64,000 nucleotides of DNA from an uncultured Desulfobacterales bacterium (GCA_964638145.1 CAZXAK010000040.1:3852-67851), one strand, 5' to 3'. Counted from the stretch's first letter, positions 37,348 to 48,615 are shown. Notes: a model not told the origin generated them from the letters alone. Numbers and translations: made by a program.

Positions 37348-39904
37348 ACTCCCACCAGGTTAGCAGGCCCAGTTCAAACTTGTGGCCAAGCTCCTTTCTG
37401 AAAGGATAACACCTTACGGAAAAACCGATCATACCACTTGAGAGGCAGAGCAGGGTACCCTGAAACAGGAACAACCCATCCTGCTGCTCTCCTGTGGGAA
37501 GCAGTGGCAGCGGATGGCCCTCTGGTATCTCGCCGCTGTCATCAAGATAACCTATGTAGGCATCCACGCGAACCTCGTCAGGACTCATGCCGTTGAGGTC
37601 GATCCATGCCTTGATGGGCACCCTGTCACCAACCTTGGGAGACTCCTTGATGGGAAGCTCCACCCTGCGGATATCCACCTTGTGCCAATCCTGGAGCACA
37701 CGTTTTTTCCATGCGGTAAGCTTGCGTACCTCCTCCCAGTCATTTCTGCTCAGCACGTCCCACTTGGCGATATTGGGCAGATAGAACCGTGTGCTGTACT
37801 CCTCCACCATACGGTTGGTGTTGAAGTATGGACACACTGTCTGGATGGAATTCTTCATGATCTCAACCCATCCAAGCGGGATATCATGCTTTGACCTCTC
37901 ATAGAACAGGGGCACCACTGTATTTTCCAAAAGCTCGTACAGGAGTCTGCTCTCCACCTCATCCTGATAGTCCGGATCAGTATAGTCCTCGCCTGCGCCA
38001 ATGGCCCAGCCATTTTCACCGTTGTAGCCCTCACACCACCAGCCGTCCAGTATGCTCAGGTTGATTCCGCCGTTTGCCGGTACCTTCATGCCGCTGGTGC
38101 CGCTTGCCTCCATGGGACGTCTCGGTGTATTGAGCCATACGTCAACACCCTGGGTGAGGTATCTGGCGACCTCGATATCATAGTTCTCAATGAACACTAT
38201 ATGCATTCTGAGCTCAGGAAGATTGGCCATTTGTACAATCTTGTGTATAAGTTCCTTGCCAAACTTGTCCTTGGGGTGTGCCTTGCCGCTGAAGATGAGC
38301 TGTACCGGCCTCTCTTCATTAGTCAGAAGTTTCGTGAGGCGATCAAGGTCACTGAACAGCAGGGTGGCCCGTTTATAGGTGGCAAATCGTCTCGCAAAGC
38401 CAATGGTCAGGGCCTCAGGGTCAAGCACCTCCTCTGCCTGCTTGAGCTTGTACTTGGCAGCCCCCTTCAGGGTGAGCTGCCTGCGGAGCCTCTCCCTTGC
38501 AAAGGCTATGAGGCGCTCCCTGAGTCGCTCCCTGCTACGCCAAAGCTCAAACGCCGGCACATGCTCGATCCTCTTCCATATTGCGTGATTTGTTGGCTCG
38601 TCCCGCCATCTTGACCCAAGATAACGCTCATACAACCTGGACATCTCACCGGATAACCAGCCCAGGGTGTGAATTCCGTTGGTGACATGGGTAATGGGCA
38701 CCTCATGCCTTGGGATCTGGGGCCAGATATCTCCCCACATCTTTCTGGAGACCTCCCCATGGAGCTTGCTGACCCCGTTTGTCTGAGACGCCATCTTGAT
38801 TGCGAGCACGGCCATGCAGAACTCTTCGGCATGGTTTCCTGCCTGTATCCTGCCAAGGTCAAGGAATCGGTCTATACCAATGCCCAGCCTGTCGGCAATA
38901 CCAGTAAAGTAACGCCGCATCAGGTCCTCCGGAAACCGGTCAATGCCAGCGGGCACTGGGGTATGTGTGGTGAATATACTGGTGGCCCGGACCGCCTCCA
39001 ATGCCTCATCAAAATTCATGTTCTCTTCCTGTACCAGGTCAAGGAGCCGTTCAACCGCCATGAACGCAGAATGCCCCTCATTCATGTGACACACAGTAGG
39101 AGGTTTCCCGAGTTTTTTCAGCATACGGATACCACCCATGCCAAGCACGATCTCCTGCTGGAGCCGCGTCTCGATGCTTCCACCATAGAGGTGTGAGGTA
39201 ATCTGCCTGTCGTGCGGTGAATTAGAAGGCACATCCGTATCCAGCATATATATCTTTATCCTGCCCACCGAGATGCTCCATATCCTGGCAGCGATCTCCC
39301 TGTCACAGAGCGGGACCTGGATGGTTACCGGCTGCCCGTCTTCACCCTTGAGCAGGGTAAGGGACATGTTGTAAACATCGTTTGACGGATAGGTCTCCAT
39401 CTGCCAACCATCAGGGTTGAGGTACTGTTTGAAGTAGCCGTGTTTATACAGAAGTCCCACCCCCACGAGTGGCAGGCCAAGATCACTTGCCGACTTCATG
39501 TGGTCGCCTGCAAGGATGCCGAGGCCACCGGAGTAGAGAGGAAGGCTCTCGTGAAGGCCGAACTCAGCGGAAAAATAGGCTATACAACCCTCATTTTCCT
39601 CTATATTTGCCTTCTGATACCAGGTGCTTGCATTGAGATAGCGCTCCAGCTCACGGTAAACCTTCTCCATCCTTGCCAGAAAGACCTCGTCGCGCTCCAG
39701 CTCTTCAAGCCTCGGCTGCTCAATGGTACCGAGCATGGCAACCGGATTGTGTCCGGTCTTTTCCCAGATATCCCTGTCCATGTCCTGAAACAGGTAAATG
39801 GCATCCGGTGTCCAGCTCCACCACAGATTCTTTGCTATGGTCATGAGGGGTTCAAGCTTTTCCGGAAGGTTGGGCACTATTGTTACTGTCTGGATATTGG
39901 GCAT
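37346..39904 (-). CDS. glgP: Alpha-glucan (glycogen/maltodextrin) phosphorylase, GT35
   Basis: 852 aa. PLP-lysine region EASGTSGMKVPANGGINLSILDGWW, and YSGGLGILAGDH. Confidence 0.92.
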   Translation of the reverse strand: MPNIQTVTIVPNLPEKLEPLMTIAKNLWWSWTPDAIYLFQDMDRDIWEKTGHNPVAMLGTIEQPRLEELERDEVFLARMEKVYRELERYLNASTWYQKANIEENEGCIAYFSAEFGLHESLPLYSGGLGILAGDHMKSASDLGLPLVGVGLLYKHGYFKQYLNPDGWQMETYPSNDVYNMSLTLLKGEDGQPVTIQVPLCDREIAARIWSISVGRIKIYMLDTDVPSNSPHDRQITSHLYGGSIETRLQQEIVLGMGGIRMLKKLGKPPTVCHMNEGHSAFMAVERLLDLVQEENMNFDEALEAVRATSIFTTHTPVPAGIDRFPEDLMRRYFTGIADRLGIGIDRFLDLGRIQAGNHAEEFCMAVLAIKMASQTNGVSKLHGEVSRKMWGDIWPQIPRHEVPITHVTNGIHTLGWLSGEMSRLYERYLGSRWRDEPTNHAIWKRIEHVPAFELWRSRERLRERLIAFARERLRRQLTLKGAAKYKLKQAEEVLDPEALTIGFARRFATYKRATLLFSDLDRLTKLLTNEERPVQLIFSGKAHPKDKFGKELIHKIVQMANLPELRMHIVFIENYDIEVARYLTQGVDVWLNTPRRPMEASGTSGMKVPANGGINLSILDGWWCEGYNGENGWAIGAGEDYTDPDYQDEVESRLLYELLENTVVPLFYERSKHDIPLGWVEIMKNSIQTVCPYFNTNRMVEEYSTRFYLPNIAKWDVLSRNDWEEVRKLTAWKKRVLQDWHKVDIRRVELPIKESPKVGDRVPIKAWIDLNGMSPDEVRVDAYIGYLDDSGEIPEGHPLPLLPTGEQQDGLFLFQGTLLCLSSGMIGFSVRCYPFRKELGHKFELGLLTWWE

Positions 39905-40108
39905 ATTTTCAGTCTCCTGAAATCATGAATTTTATTGGAAGGGCAGACGGAAGAGGGATTGTACGATGCCTGGATTGATTTGACAATATGAACAAAGAGG
40001 CAACACTCCCGCACATAGAGATCACAATGGACATTGGCGCACAACAGGGGCACCTCAGGACTGTATGATACACTGCGTATGGCTCAGGAAGGATAAAAAG
40101 GATTACGC

Positions 40109-42406
40109 CTATTCAAAATCTATAAGTATCTCATCATCCCTTACAGAAACAGTGGCACTCTTTCCCTTTCTGAGTCCCTTAAAGAGTATGGCATCAGAGA
40201 GGGGATCCTTTACCTTTTCCTGAAGAAGCCTTCCAAGCGGACGGGCCCCAAAAGCTGGATCATATCCTCTTCTGGCAAACCAGGCACGGGCCTCAGTGGT
40301 AAGTTCGACAGATATCCCCTTTGACGCCAACTGGTGCCTTATCTCATCCATCATCTTCTCCACTATCCTCTCCATGACGGACTGGTTCAGGCGGTCGAAG
40401 GGGATAATTGCATCAAGCCGGTTTCGGAACTCGGGTGAGAACATCTTGTTCACTGCGTCCTTGCCGCGTCTTGACTTTTCTCCTCTGGCGCTGGTGAATC
40501 CAATGGTGTTGGCCTCTATCTCGCGGGCCCCTGCATTGGAAGTCATAACCAGGATCACGTGCCGGAAGTCTGCCTTCCTGCCATTGTTATCGGTAAGTGT
40601 GGCGTAATCCATTATCTGAAGCAGGATGTTGAACACATCCGGATGGGCCTTTTCAATCTCGTCAAGCAGTAACACACACCACGGATGTTTGCGTACAGCA
40701 TCGGTAAGAAGGCCTCCCTGATCAAACCCAACGTAGCCAGGAGGCGCGCCTATCAGCCGCGCCACCGAGTGCTTTTCCATATATTCGCTCATGTCAAAAC
40801 GCTGGAAATGTACATCAAGAATTGCAGCAGCCTGGCGGGCAAGTTCTGTCTTGCCAACACCTGTAGGACCGGTAAACAGGAATGAGCCAATGGGCCTGTC
40901 AGGATGGGACAGGCCGGCCCTGGCCCTCTTGATGGAAGAGGCGAGGAGGCTGACGGCCCTGTCCTGACCAAATACCACGGCACGCAGGTCCTTTTCAAAG
41001 TGTTCCAGCCTGGCAAGGTCAGATCGGCTCACATTGCGGGCCGGGATATTTGCCATACCGGCAATCACATTCTCTATGTGGCGCACTGTTATAACAGGGG
41101 GGCGGCTGCTACTGTTACGTGCCTTGCCGGACAGCCTCAGCAGGGCAGCGGCCTCGTCTATCACATCTATGGCCTTGTCTGGCAGATACCGGTCAGTGAT
41201 ATAACGGTCTGAAAGTTCCACAGCGGCCTTTAGTGCTGTTTCTGCATATCTTACGTTGTGGTGCTCCTGATAATAGCTCTTTAGCCCCTTGAGTATGGAC
41301 ACTGTCTCGCTGACCGATGGCTCAGGTATCTCTATCTTCTGAAAACGGCGGGCAAGGGCACGGTCCTTCTCAAAAAAATTCTTGTACTCTTCATAGGTGG
41401 TGGCCCCGATACAGCGCAACCTGCCTGCGGCAAGGGCAGGCTTCAGGATATTGGAGGCATCCATGGCACCTCCACTCGTGGCACCAGCACCCACCAGGGT
41501 ATGGATCTCGTCAATGAAAAGAATGGCACGTTCACGCCCGCTCAACTCACCTATTACCTTCTTGAGCCTGGCCTCAAACTCACCACGGTACTTGGTACCG
41601 GCAAGCAGGGCACCCAGGTCAAGGGCGAATATATCAGTATCCCGGAGCGGGGCAGGGACCTCTCCCTGATAAATCTTCAGGGCAAGCCCCTCTGCAAGGG
41701 CCGTCTTGCCAACCCCAGGCTCACCCACGAAAACAGGATTGTTTTTCCGTCTCCTGCAAAGGACCTGCATGGTACGCTGCAGCTCTGCTTCACGTCCTAC
41801 AAGAGGATCAATACCTCCTTCTGAAGCCCGCCTTACGAGATTCACAGTAAACTGTTCCAGAATGGCAGGGGAAGCAACTGCATCACCGCAGGCACAACCT
41901 GTCTGGCCAGCCTGCTCCGAAGAGTGCTGATCATGCGGATCCATGGCACCATCTTCAAAGACCGCCCCCTCAGGGACCTTCCTGATCCCGTGCGCAATGT
42001 AATTCAGGATATCAAGCCTTGTGATGCCGGCCTGTTTCAGAAAGAAAGCCGCATACGAATCGGTTTCCGTCATTATGGAACTCAAGAGATCACCTATGTC
42101 AGCCTCTGACTTGCCAGAAGACTGTACATGGAGGATGGTCCGCTGGAGCACCCTCTGAAGGGCATTGGTAGGTTGCGGTGTCTCTGGCAGGGCCTCCTCC
42201 AGTCTTTCAAGATGAGTATCAAAAAACAGCTCAAGTTTTTGCTTCAGATCAGAAGGACTGCCACCGCACGCCCTGATTATTTCCTCACCCTCACTGTGAT
42301 GGAGCAGGGCGTAAAGCAGATGTTCCAGGGAGAGATATTCGTGCTGCCTCACATGAGCTTCACGGGCAGCGGCCCCCAGCATGAGTTCAACATCTTTGCT
42401 AATCAT
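40109..42406 (-). CDS. clpA: ATP-dependent Clp protease ATP-binding subunit ClpA
   Basis: Two AAA+ modules (GEPGVGKTA; GPTGVGKTE). N-domain [17 protein letters not shown]...[10 protein letters not shown] prefer ATG 42406 over the track GTG 42448 because it aligns with typical ClpA N-termini. Confidence 0.93.
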   Translation of the reverse strand: MISKDVELMLGAAAREAHVRQHEYLSLEHLLYALLHHSEGEEIIRACGGSPSDLKQKLELFFDTHLERLEEALPETPQPTNALQRVLQRTILHVQSSGKSEADIGDLLSSIMTETDSYAAFFLKQAGITRLDILNYIAHGIRKVPEGAVFEDGAMDPHDQHSSEQAGQTGCACGDAVASPAILEQFTVNLVRRASEGGIDPLVGREAELQRTMQVLCRRRKNNPVFVGEPGVGKTALAEGLALKIYQGEVPAPLRDTDIFALDLGALLAGTKYRGEFEARLKKVIGELSGRERAILFIDEIHTLVGAGATSGGAMDASNILKPALAAGRLRCIGATTYEEYKNFFEKDRALARRFQKIEIPEPSVSETVSILKGLKSYYQEHHNVRYAETALKAAVELSDRYITDRYLPDKAIDVIDEAAALLRLSGKARNSSSRPPVITVRHIENVIAGMANIPARNVSRSDLARLEHFEKDLRAVVFGQDRAVSLLASSIKRARAGLSHPDRPIGSFLFTGPTGVGKTELARQAAAILDVHFQRFDMSEYMEKHSVARLIGAPPGYVGFDQGGLLTDAVRKHPWCVLLLDEIEKAHPDVFNILLQIMDYATLTDNNGRKADFRHVILVMTSNAGAREIEANTIGFTSARGEKSRRGKDAVNKMFSPEFRNRLDAIIPFDRLNQSVMERIVEKMMDEIRHQLASKGISVELTTEARAWFARRGYDPAFGARPLGRLLQEKVKDPLSDAILFKGLRKGKSATVSVRDDEILIDFE

Positions 42407-42478
42407 TTTTTCTGTCAAGTCCTCAGATATCAGCGGCCAGGATACCACCTGTCACTGATTATGGCCTGTTTGGCCTGA

Positions 42479-42790
42479 TTATTCCTTTTCCATACTTGCC
42501 TTAAGGGGAAAGCCTGCCTCAACAGCAAGGGAATGAACCGCATCAATCTTGGTCTCTGCTATCTCGGCAGGATAAATACCACATACACCGATACCGTTCC
42601 TGTGTACGTTAAGCATGATGCGGGTTGCCTCGGAAGGATTCTTGTGAAACACCTTCTCAAGTACCATTACCACAAAATCCATAGTGGTGTAATCATCATT
42701 GTGAAGCAGAACCTTGTAAAGAGGCGGCTCATCAATCCCATCTCTTGTCCAGGTATCTATTTCCGGAATATCGTAAGGTTGATGCGGCAT
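42479..42790 (-). CDS. clpS: ClpS adaptor protein
   Basis: LYKVLLHNDDYTTMDFVVMVLEKVF...ATRIMLNVHRNG. Confidence 0.95.
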   Translation of the reverse strand: MPHQPYDIPEIDTWTRDGIDEPPLYKVLLHNDDYTTMDFVVMVLEKVFHKNPSEATRIMLNVHRNGIGVCGIYPAEIAETKIDAVHSLAVEAGFPLKASMEKE

Positions 42791-42853
42791 TTTGCAAACC
42801 GTACTTCACTCTCTCTGTTGATTTAGCTGTTATTAATACCCATGACACAGCAC

Positions 42854-43594
42854 CTATGGTAGCTCAAGCAGGGCGAGAAATTCAACATTTCCCTTGGCGC
42901 CCCGGATTGGAGACCGGATCACACCTGCAGTATTTATCCCTATCTCCCTGAAGAACCCTTTCAGGTCCCTGATCACCTGGCGGTGCAAAGCCGGGTCCCG
43001 AACCACGCCGTTCTTTCCCACATTCTGCCTGCCAACTTCGAACTGGGGTTTGACAAGGGCCACAACCTGTGCATTGGAACGAAAAAATTTCTGCACAGCC
43101 GGGATTACCAAACGCAATGATATGAAAGAGGTATCCACAGTACCAAAGTCAACAGGCTCAGGGATATGGTCCCTGCTCATGTACCGTATGTTGGTCCTTT
43201 CTATATTAATTACTCTTTTATCATTCCGCAGCTTCCAGTCAAGCTGCCCATATCCTACATCAATGGCATACACCCTTTTGGCCCCATTTTGCAACATGCA
43301 ATCGGTAAACCCACCGGTAGAGGCCCCTGTATCCATACACACCCGACCATTTACATCTATTTTAAAGGTCTTGAGGGCATGGGCAAGCTTCAGACCGCCA
43401 CGACTCACAAACGGATTGTCATCACCTGTAATCTCAATGGAACATTCAGGAGGATAGCGATGTCCCGCCTTGTCTTCAAGCTTTCCGTTTACCAGTACGC
43501 GGCCTGCCCCGATCAGTGCCTGGGCCCTGGTCCTTGAAGATACAAGGGACTTTTCCACCATAAGGAGGTCGAGCCGACATAATTTCTTTGCCAT
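42854..43594 (-). CDS. tlyA: TlyA-family rRNA 2'-O-methyltransferase (S4 plus FtsJ domains)
   Basis: RLDLLMVEKSLVSSRTRAQALIGAGRVLVNG...DTGASTGGFTDC. Confidence 0.9.
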   Translation of the reverse strand: MAKKLCRLDLLMVEKSLVSSRTRAQALIGAGRVLVNGKLEDKAGHRYPPECSIEITGDDNPFVSRGGLKLAHALKTFKIDVNGRVCMDTGASTGGFTDCMLQNGAKRVYAIDVGYGQLDWKLRNDKRVINIERTNIRYMSRDHIPEPVDFGTVDTSFISLRLVIPAVQKFFRSNAQVVALVKPQFEVGRQNVGKNGVVRDPALHRQVIRDLKGFFREIGINTAGVIRSPIRGAKGNVEFLALLELP

Positions 43595-43823
43595 ATTAAT
43601 GAAAAATGTGATAAAGTTGATTTAATATCATATCTTGAAAAATAGCAGGAACTTATTTTTTTATCTGTACGTTTACCATTGTCCTCCACAACCGTGACTG
43701 ATATTCACCAGCAGCGGAATACCACATCCATGTATAATTGCAATGGTCAATGTATGTATTACATTACAATCTTTTTCAAGAAATATTTTCACAATATTAT
43801 ATGCACGATAGAGAGGGAGGAAA

Positions 43824-44882
43824 GTGAGCATTACAAAAGAAACCGTGCTTGAAGCACTGAAAGATATCAAGGACCCTGAACTGAACAGGGGTATCGTTGA
43901 ACTTGGAATGATACAGAACGTAGAGATTGCCGGGTCTGCAGTCCGTGTAACTGTAGCACTTACCATGGCAGGATGCCCCTTCAAGGACCAGATCAAGGAG
44001 GAGGTAAGGTCTGCATTACTATCCATTCCAGGCATTGAGGAGGCCAGGGTCATCATAACCACCATGACATCTGAACAACGTGCCAAGGTGTTTGGCAATG
44101 CACCTTCCGAGATGGAGGGCATGAAAGATGTCAAGAACGTAGTGGCTGTAGCAAGTGGAAAAGGGGGAGTTGGCAAGAGCACAGTGTCTGTGAACCTTGC
44201 GTTAACACTGTCCAAAAAGGGGTACAAGACAGGCATACTTGATGCCGACATGCATGGTCCGGACATACCGGTGATGATGGGAACCAAGGAAAGGCCGGTT
44301 GGGTCAAGAGGAATGCTCATGCCGCTTGAAAAATACGGGGTCAAGCTCATGTCAACAGCTACCCTTGCAGGCGAAGGGACCCCTGTGATCTGGCGTGGAC
44401 CTCTTGTCAACAAGGCCATCAAGGAATTTCTTGGACATGTGGAGTGGGGAGAACTCGACTTTCTTGTGGTAGATCTGCCACCAGGCACTGGGGATGCGCC
44501 TCTTACCGTTGCATCAACAATACCCATCTCAGGTGTGGTGGTGGTAACTACTCCGCAGCGGGTTGCCTTGGAGGACGTAAGGCGCTCAATCGCGCTGTTC
44601 AAGACACATGACGTGCCTGTTACTGGCATAGTGGAAAACATGTCTTATCTTAAACTTCCAGGAAGTGACAACGAAGTCATGGAGGTATTTGGCAGTGGGG
44701 GAGGGGAGAAGATAGCCAAGGCATTCAAACTGCCTCTGCTCGGCAAAATTCCCCTTGACCCTGCCATAAGAGAGGGGGGTGACAAGGGACGACCTGTGGC
44801 CCTTGATGACAACAGCGATGCGGCCAGGGCCTTTGAAGAGATAACTGACAATTTTCTCGCTGCATTACAGCAGAAGGACTGA
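43824..44882 (+). CDS. apbC: Fe-S cluster carrier ATPase Mrp/ApbC with N-terminal DUF59-like domain
   Basis: VAVASGKGGVGKSTVSVNLA, with N-terminal ALKDIKDPELNRGIVELGMI. GTG start at 43824. Confidence 0.9.
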   Translation: MSITKETVLEALKDIKDPELNRGIVELGMIQNVEIAGSAVRVTVALTMAGCPFKDQIKEEVRSALLSIPGIEEARVIITTMTSEQRAKVFGNAPSEMEGMKDVKNVVAVASGKGGVGKSTVSVNLALTLSKKGYKTGILDADMHGPDIPVMMGTKERPVGSRGMLMPLEKYGVKLMSTATLAGEGTPVIWRGPLVNKAIKEFLGHVEWGELDFLVVDLPPGTGDAPLTVASTIPISGVVVVTTPQRVALEDVRRSIALFKTHDVPVTGIVENMSYLKLPGSDNEVMEVFGSGGGEKIAKAFKLPLLGKIPLDPAIREGGDKGRPVALDDNSDAARAFEEITDNFLAALQQKD

Positions 44883-44978
44883 GTGTAGAGGATACCTGTG
44901 CCGGCAGCTCCTTTGGACCATAGAGGGGCTGCTTTCAGCGCAGCACGGCCTATGGAGTAAAATATCAGGCGGCAGAAA

Positions 44979-46118
44979 ATGGAAAATGCAAGCAACATAG
45001 ATAAGAGAGACGGTTGCGGAATATTCAAACTCGTCTTGGACAGTCTTCCTGTAGGACTGATAGTCTTTGATCAGACAGGCCGTATAATAGAGGTAAACCC
45101 TGCTGCTGAAGAACTGTCCGGCTACAGCAGGGATGAACTTGTAGGCAAACGTCTGGACGAGATGGATGTCATATTTGACATCATAGCACCTTCGGAAGAC
45201 AATGCGTATTCAGGCAGCGACACCATTGATGCCTCTGTACGCGAGGCAGTGCTTGTGAGAAAGGACGGTGAGAGGGTACCGGTCCTGTACTTTGATGCCG
45301 CCCTCAAGGAACCCAACGACCATATCTGTGGACTGGTCAAGATGTTCAGGAACATATCTGCCGAAAAGAGGGTACGGAAAAAACACAAGATCCTCATATC
45401 CATGTTTGCCCACGACCTGAAGGCCCCTGTGGCAATAGCCGGTGGCTTTATATCCAGACTACTCATGGGCAAGGCAGGGGAGCTCAATGAGAAACAGCGT
45501 AACTATCTCGTGGTGATCGAGAACGAACTCAAGAAGTTGGATAATCACATCCACTCCTTCCTGGACATCTTGCGCATGGAGGCAGGAGAGATCAAACTCT
45601 CTCTGGAAAAATGCAGCATAGAGAAGATCATCTATGACATAGTAAAGGAGTTTGAAGACAGGGCAGCATCCAAAAACATAGAACTCACTGTAAATACCCC
45701 AGAACAGAATGTCCTTCTCATGGTGGACAAGGAACAGATACAGCGGGTGCTGGTAAACCTCGTTGACAACGCAATAAAGTACTCGCCGGCCCATACTACC
45801 GTTAAGATAGTTGTGGAAGACCACGGCAGATTTGTGGTTTGCAGAGTCATTGACCAGGGACCAGGAATACCTGAAGAGGACCTTCCATACATCTTTGATC
45901 CGTTCTACCGGGCCTCATCTCCTGTAACGTCAGGAGAGACCAGCGATGGGACAGGAATAGGCCTGGCAGTGGTCAAAAGTATCGTAGAGGCCCATAACGG
46001 CAAGGTATGGGTGAAAAGCAGGGTAGGTGAAGGTACTACCTTTGCCTTTTCCATCCCCAAAGTCAACGAAGGTTGCCTGCAGGAAACAACAAAAAGGTCA
46101 CATGACAGTTCAGGATAG
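44979..46118 (+). CDS. PAS-domain sensor histidine kinase
   Basis: PAS (GLIVFDQTGRIIEVNPAAEELSGYSRDELVG), H-box FAHDLKAPVA, N-box LVNLVDNAIKYS, G2 GTGIGLAVVKSIV. Confidence 0.88.
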   Translation: MENASNIDKRDGCGIFKLVLDSLPVGLIVFDQTGRIIEVNPAAEELSGYSRDELVGKRLDEMDVIFDIIAPSEDNAYSGSDTIDASVREAVLVRKDGERVPVLYFDAALKEPNDHICGLVKMFRNISAEKRVRKKHKILISMFAHDLKAPVAIAGGFISRLLMGKAGELNEKQRNYLVVIENELKKLDNHIHSFLDILRMEAGEIKLSLEKCSIEKIIYDIVKEFEDRAASKNIELTVNTPEQNVLLMVDKEQIQRVLVNLVDNAIKYSPAHTTVKIVVEDHGRFVVCRVIDQGPGIPEEDLPYIFDPFYRASSPVTSGETSDGTGIGLAVVKSIVEAHNGKVWVKSRVGEGTTFAFSIPKVNEGCLQETTKRSHDSSG

Positions 46119-46158
46119 ATAGTGTACACATGAAAGTCTGCACAGGAGATTACAGTGG

Positions 46159-47253
46159 ATGATGCCTTATAAAAAGAACAACGCTGAAATAAAGAGCAGG
46201 GAAGCCTTCTTTGATGAACTGTCCAGAGAAATTGCAAGGATAAGACGCTACGGACACCGCATAACACTGCTCCTCATTGAGCCACAGGAAAAACTTGAAG
46301 GGGCACTGTTGAAGGAATTTGAAAATGAACTCCTGAATCAGTTACGCACAAGTGACGGTGCATTCAAATTTGAAGAGAATCAGTTTACTGTGATACTGCC
46401 AAACACCCACGAGGCAGGGGGAGAGGCAGCGGCACTGCGGATAAAACGGCTCATATGCACTGCAATGAACAAGAAACATGGTGCATCCATTGCCCTTTCC
46501 ATCGGTGTCATCAGCCTTGACTCCGGGGTATCCCAGGACGTTGATGACGTGGTAAAAGACCTGGTAAAGGATTTACAGAGGGACAAGAGATGTCAGTCAG
46601 TTGATCTGAAAAAGGCCAACAGAGGATCCATGCCTTGCGGACAGATGCTCTTCACTGGCACTGACGCCGATTTTATCAATGAGATTGAAAACCTCTCAGG
46701 GGACAAATTCAAGGGAACAGGTGTGGATTCAGATACCATATTGAATATACTGTCTCACATGGAAGAACGTCCTGTAGTTATCCTTGGACCGCACACCGAA
46801 TTTAAAGACAAGGAGGAAATTACACAAAAAATACGTTTTAACAGAGCATTAAATGACACATATATCATTTGGCTTCAAAATGGGATAGAGTTGGATCAAG
46901 TGGAATCTTCTGTCTCATGTGATCTGCTACTTCCTGAAAAGACACTGCCTGAAATATTATGGCCTGTAATAAGACAGGGCTTTCAGGTAAGGGCACTCAA
47001 AAAAGGCTGTGAGGAAACAGGGCATTTCAAGGGCATTCTAAGCTCCATAAGTTCGGCTACACATCAGCTCAACCAGCCACTTCAGATAATCCTTGGCCGT
47101 CTTGAACTGCTTATGCTCAACATGGATGATACGGAAGACAAGGAGACCGTTGATGATATCAAGACCATGCGGGATCAGGCGCTTCTTGCTGCAGACATCA
47201 ACAAAAAAATAGGACGGCTTGCCAAATACGACACCAACCAGCAGACAGATTAA
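46159..47253 (+). CDS. Degenerate GGDEF-like domain protein with a C-terminal DHp-like (HisKA-type) helix and no ATPase domain
   Basis: The GGDEF position reads KFEENQFTVILPNT. The C-terminus SSATHQLNQPLQIILGRLELL resembles an H-box, and nothing follows it. Confidence 0.55.
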   Translation: MMPYKKNNAEIKSREAFFDELSREIARIRRYGHRITLLLIEPQEKLEGALLKEFENELLNQLRTSDGAFKFEENQFTVILPNTHEAGGEAAALRIKRLICTAMNKKHGASIALSIGVISLDSGVSQDVDDVVKDLVKDLQRDKRCQSVDLKKANRGSMPCGQMLFTGTDADFINEIENLSGDKFKGTGVDSDTILNILSHMEERPVVILGPHTEFKDKEEITQKIRFNRALNDTYIIWLQNGIELDQVESSVSCDLLLPEKTLPEILWPVIRQGFQVRALKKGCEETGHFKGILSSISSATHQLNQPLQIILGRLELLMLNMDDTEDKETVDDIKTMRDQALLAADINKKIGRLAKYDTNQQTD

Positions 47254-47481
47254 CCATTCATCTCCTTTGCACACGACCAGGTTCAACTACGCCTGAGTGC
47301 AAAGCCTGTCTTTTTAAATTTTTCTTCTAATTTCAAATCATTATCTATCATAGCTCCCCATATTTTTAACTTATTGTATTTTACATAATGTATATTATGC
47401 GACATTTTGAATACGTGGCCACAAGCCCTATTGATAAACGATCTTGTTGGGACCAGCGTAAATACAACAGACATATTCTGA

Positions 47482-47696
47482 CCTGAATTGAACAATTCCC
47501 AAGTTTGCATGAGATGCAAGGCAGAGGATACGCAGACGTACTGTTATACTTCAATTATCCGACAGGTAAGCGAAGACTCCGGGACAGTTACATCAAACCC
47601 GTTGAGTGACGGGTAATTTTACAAAAAAAACAGCATTAATTTACTGTAATTAAAGATAAAACAAGATTTCACATGATTTGAAGCGCTCAATTCAGC
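47482..47696 (+). mobile_element. Family-A element, copy A6 (215 bp; L+M1+M4+R)
   Basis: CCTGAATTGAACAATTCCCAAGTTTGCATGAGATGCAAGGCAGAGGATACGCAGACG...TTTCACATGATTTGAAGCGCTCAATTCAGC. Flanks are TCTGA / TTTGA. Confidence 0.85.
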
Positions 47697-47702
47697 TTTG
47701 AT

Positions 47703-47744
47703 AAAAAAAGAGGGATTTACCCACAGATGCTGGTAAATCCCTCT
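47703..47744 (-). terminator. Rho-independent terminator of the flgM operon
   Basis: 13-bp perfect stem AGAGGGATTTACC / GGTAAATCCCTCT, followed on the minus strand by a 6-7 nt T-run. Confidence 0.85.
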
Positions 47745-47813
47745 TTATGGGGAGGAGAGGAGGAGTACTATGAAGTGCTTATTCCAAAGAGAATATCTTA
47801 AAGGCTGCCAAGC

Positions 47814-48134
47814 CTAACCCAAATTCTTTATCATGTCGTTGAGCATACTCTCTGCGATCTTCTCTGGTTTTATCTCATAGGTGCCATTTTGTACCTGTTC
47901 CTTGAGCATGTCTACCTTTTCGGCACGCCCCGGTTCCTCTGTACGCATGGCACTGTTAACCTTCTGAAGCATACGGGAGCCGGCTGACAGCTCCACACGG
48001 TCACCCCGGGCCGGCTGGCTACCTCTCGCAGCCACATCCCGGCTATTATCCTGATTCTGCTGACTCTGTGCCTGAGCTGTATTCTTTATATACGCATCCA
48101 TCTGTACTTTTTGGCTGCTGTAATCAATTTTCAT
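47814..48134 (-). CDS. flgM: Anti-sigma-28 factor FlgM
   Basis: 106 aa. C-terminal VDMLKEQVQNGTYEIKPEKIAESMLN is the FlgM signature. Confidence 0.85.
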   Translation of the reverse strand: MKIDYSSQKVQMDAYIKNTAQAQSQQNQDNSRDVAARGSQPARGDRVELSAGSRMLQKVNSAMRTEEPGRAEKVDMLKEQVQNGTYEIKPEKIAESMLNDMIKNLG

Positions 48135-48145
48135 CTTTATATCTC

Positions 48146-48580
48146 CTATGTGTCTTTTGGGGTGGACATTACCTCATCATTATCTACCATATCATACAAC
48201 CGTTCAACAACCTTTGTAATGTCCTCAGGGCTTAACTCCTTAACAACTTCCCCTTTTTCGTCATTTATGACACGAAATTTAAAATTTTTTCCCTTTTCCC
48301 TACTTGAAATTATATCAATAGTGCCGCCAAACTCATTTCCAAGGCGTTCAACTACCTGCTCACTCACCTTGGCGCTTACATCCTTTCCGGCTCGAGAAAG
48401 TATATCAGAGGTGATCTTCTGGGTTATCTGTTTTTGCCTCGCCTCTGAAGATATGGATATGGAATCAGGACCGCGTGGAACAGGCTGTGAGGCAGCTTTG
48501 AGCCGCGCAAGACTACGCCTTTCCACCCTCTGGCCATAGGCCCTGATTACATTCTGTATGTGATGAGACGAAATATTCAT
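48146..48580 (-). CDS. Hypothetical protein co-transcribed upstream of flgM (FlgM-associated, Desulfovibrio-type)
   Basis: 144-aa ORF, 11 nt upstream of flgM and behind a sigma-28-type promoter. I could not assign a motif. Confidence 0.5.
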   Translation of the reverse strand: MNISSHHIQNVIRAYGQRVERRSLARLKAASQPVPRGPDSISISSEARQKQITQKITSDILSRAGKDVSAKVSEQVVERLGNEFGGTIDIISSREKGKNFKFRVINDEKGEVVKELSPEDITKVVERLYDMVDNDEVMSTPKDT

Positions 48581-48615
48581 TTATTCACACCGTTTTTTCC
48601 TATATCTTATTCATA

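Noticed and set aside
43673-44641. Long antisense ORFs: 43673-44641 opposite mrp, 21675-22523 opposite the kinase gene, 26651-27361 opposite gmhA, 13056-13676 opposite rsbR, 9321-9956 opposite recA, 28455-29066 opposite icd.
   Set aside because: Each lies fully opposite a gene with strong family signatures and has low-complexity, Ser/Pro/Arg-rich composition typical of shadow ORFs. None contains a recognisable motif.
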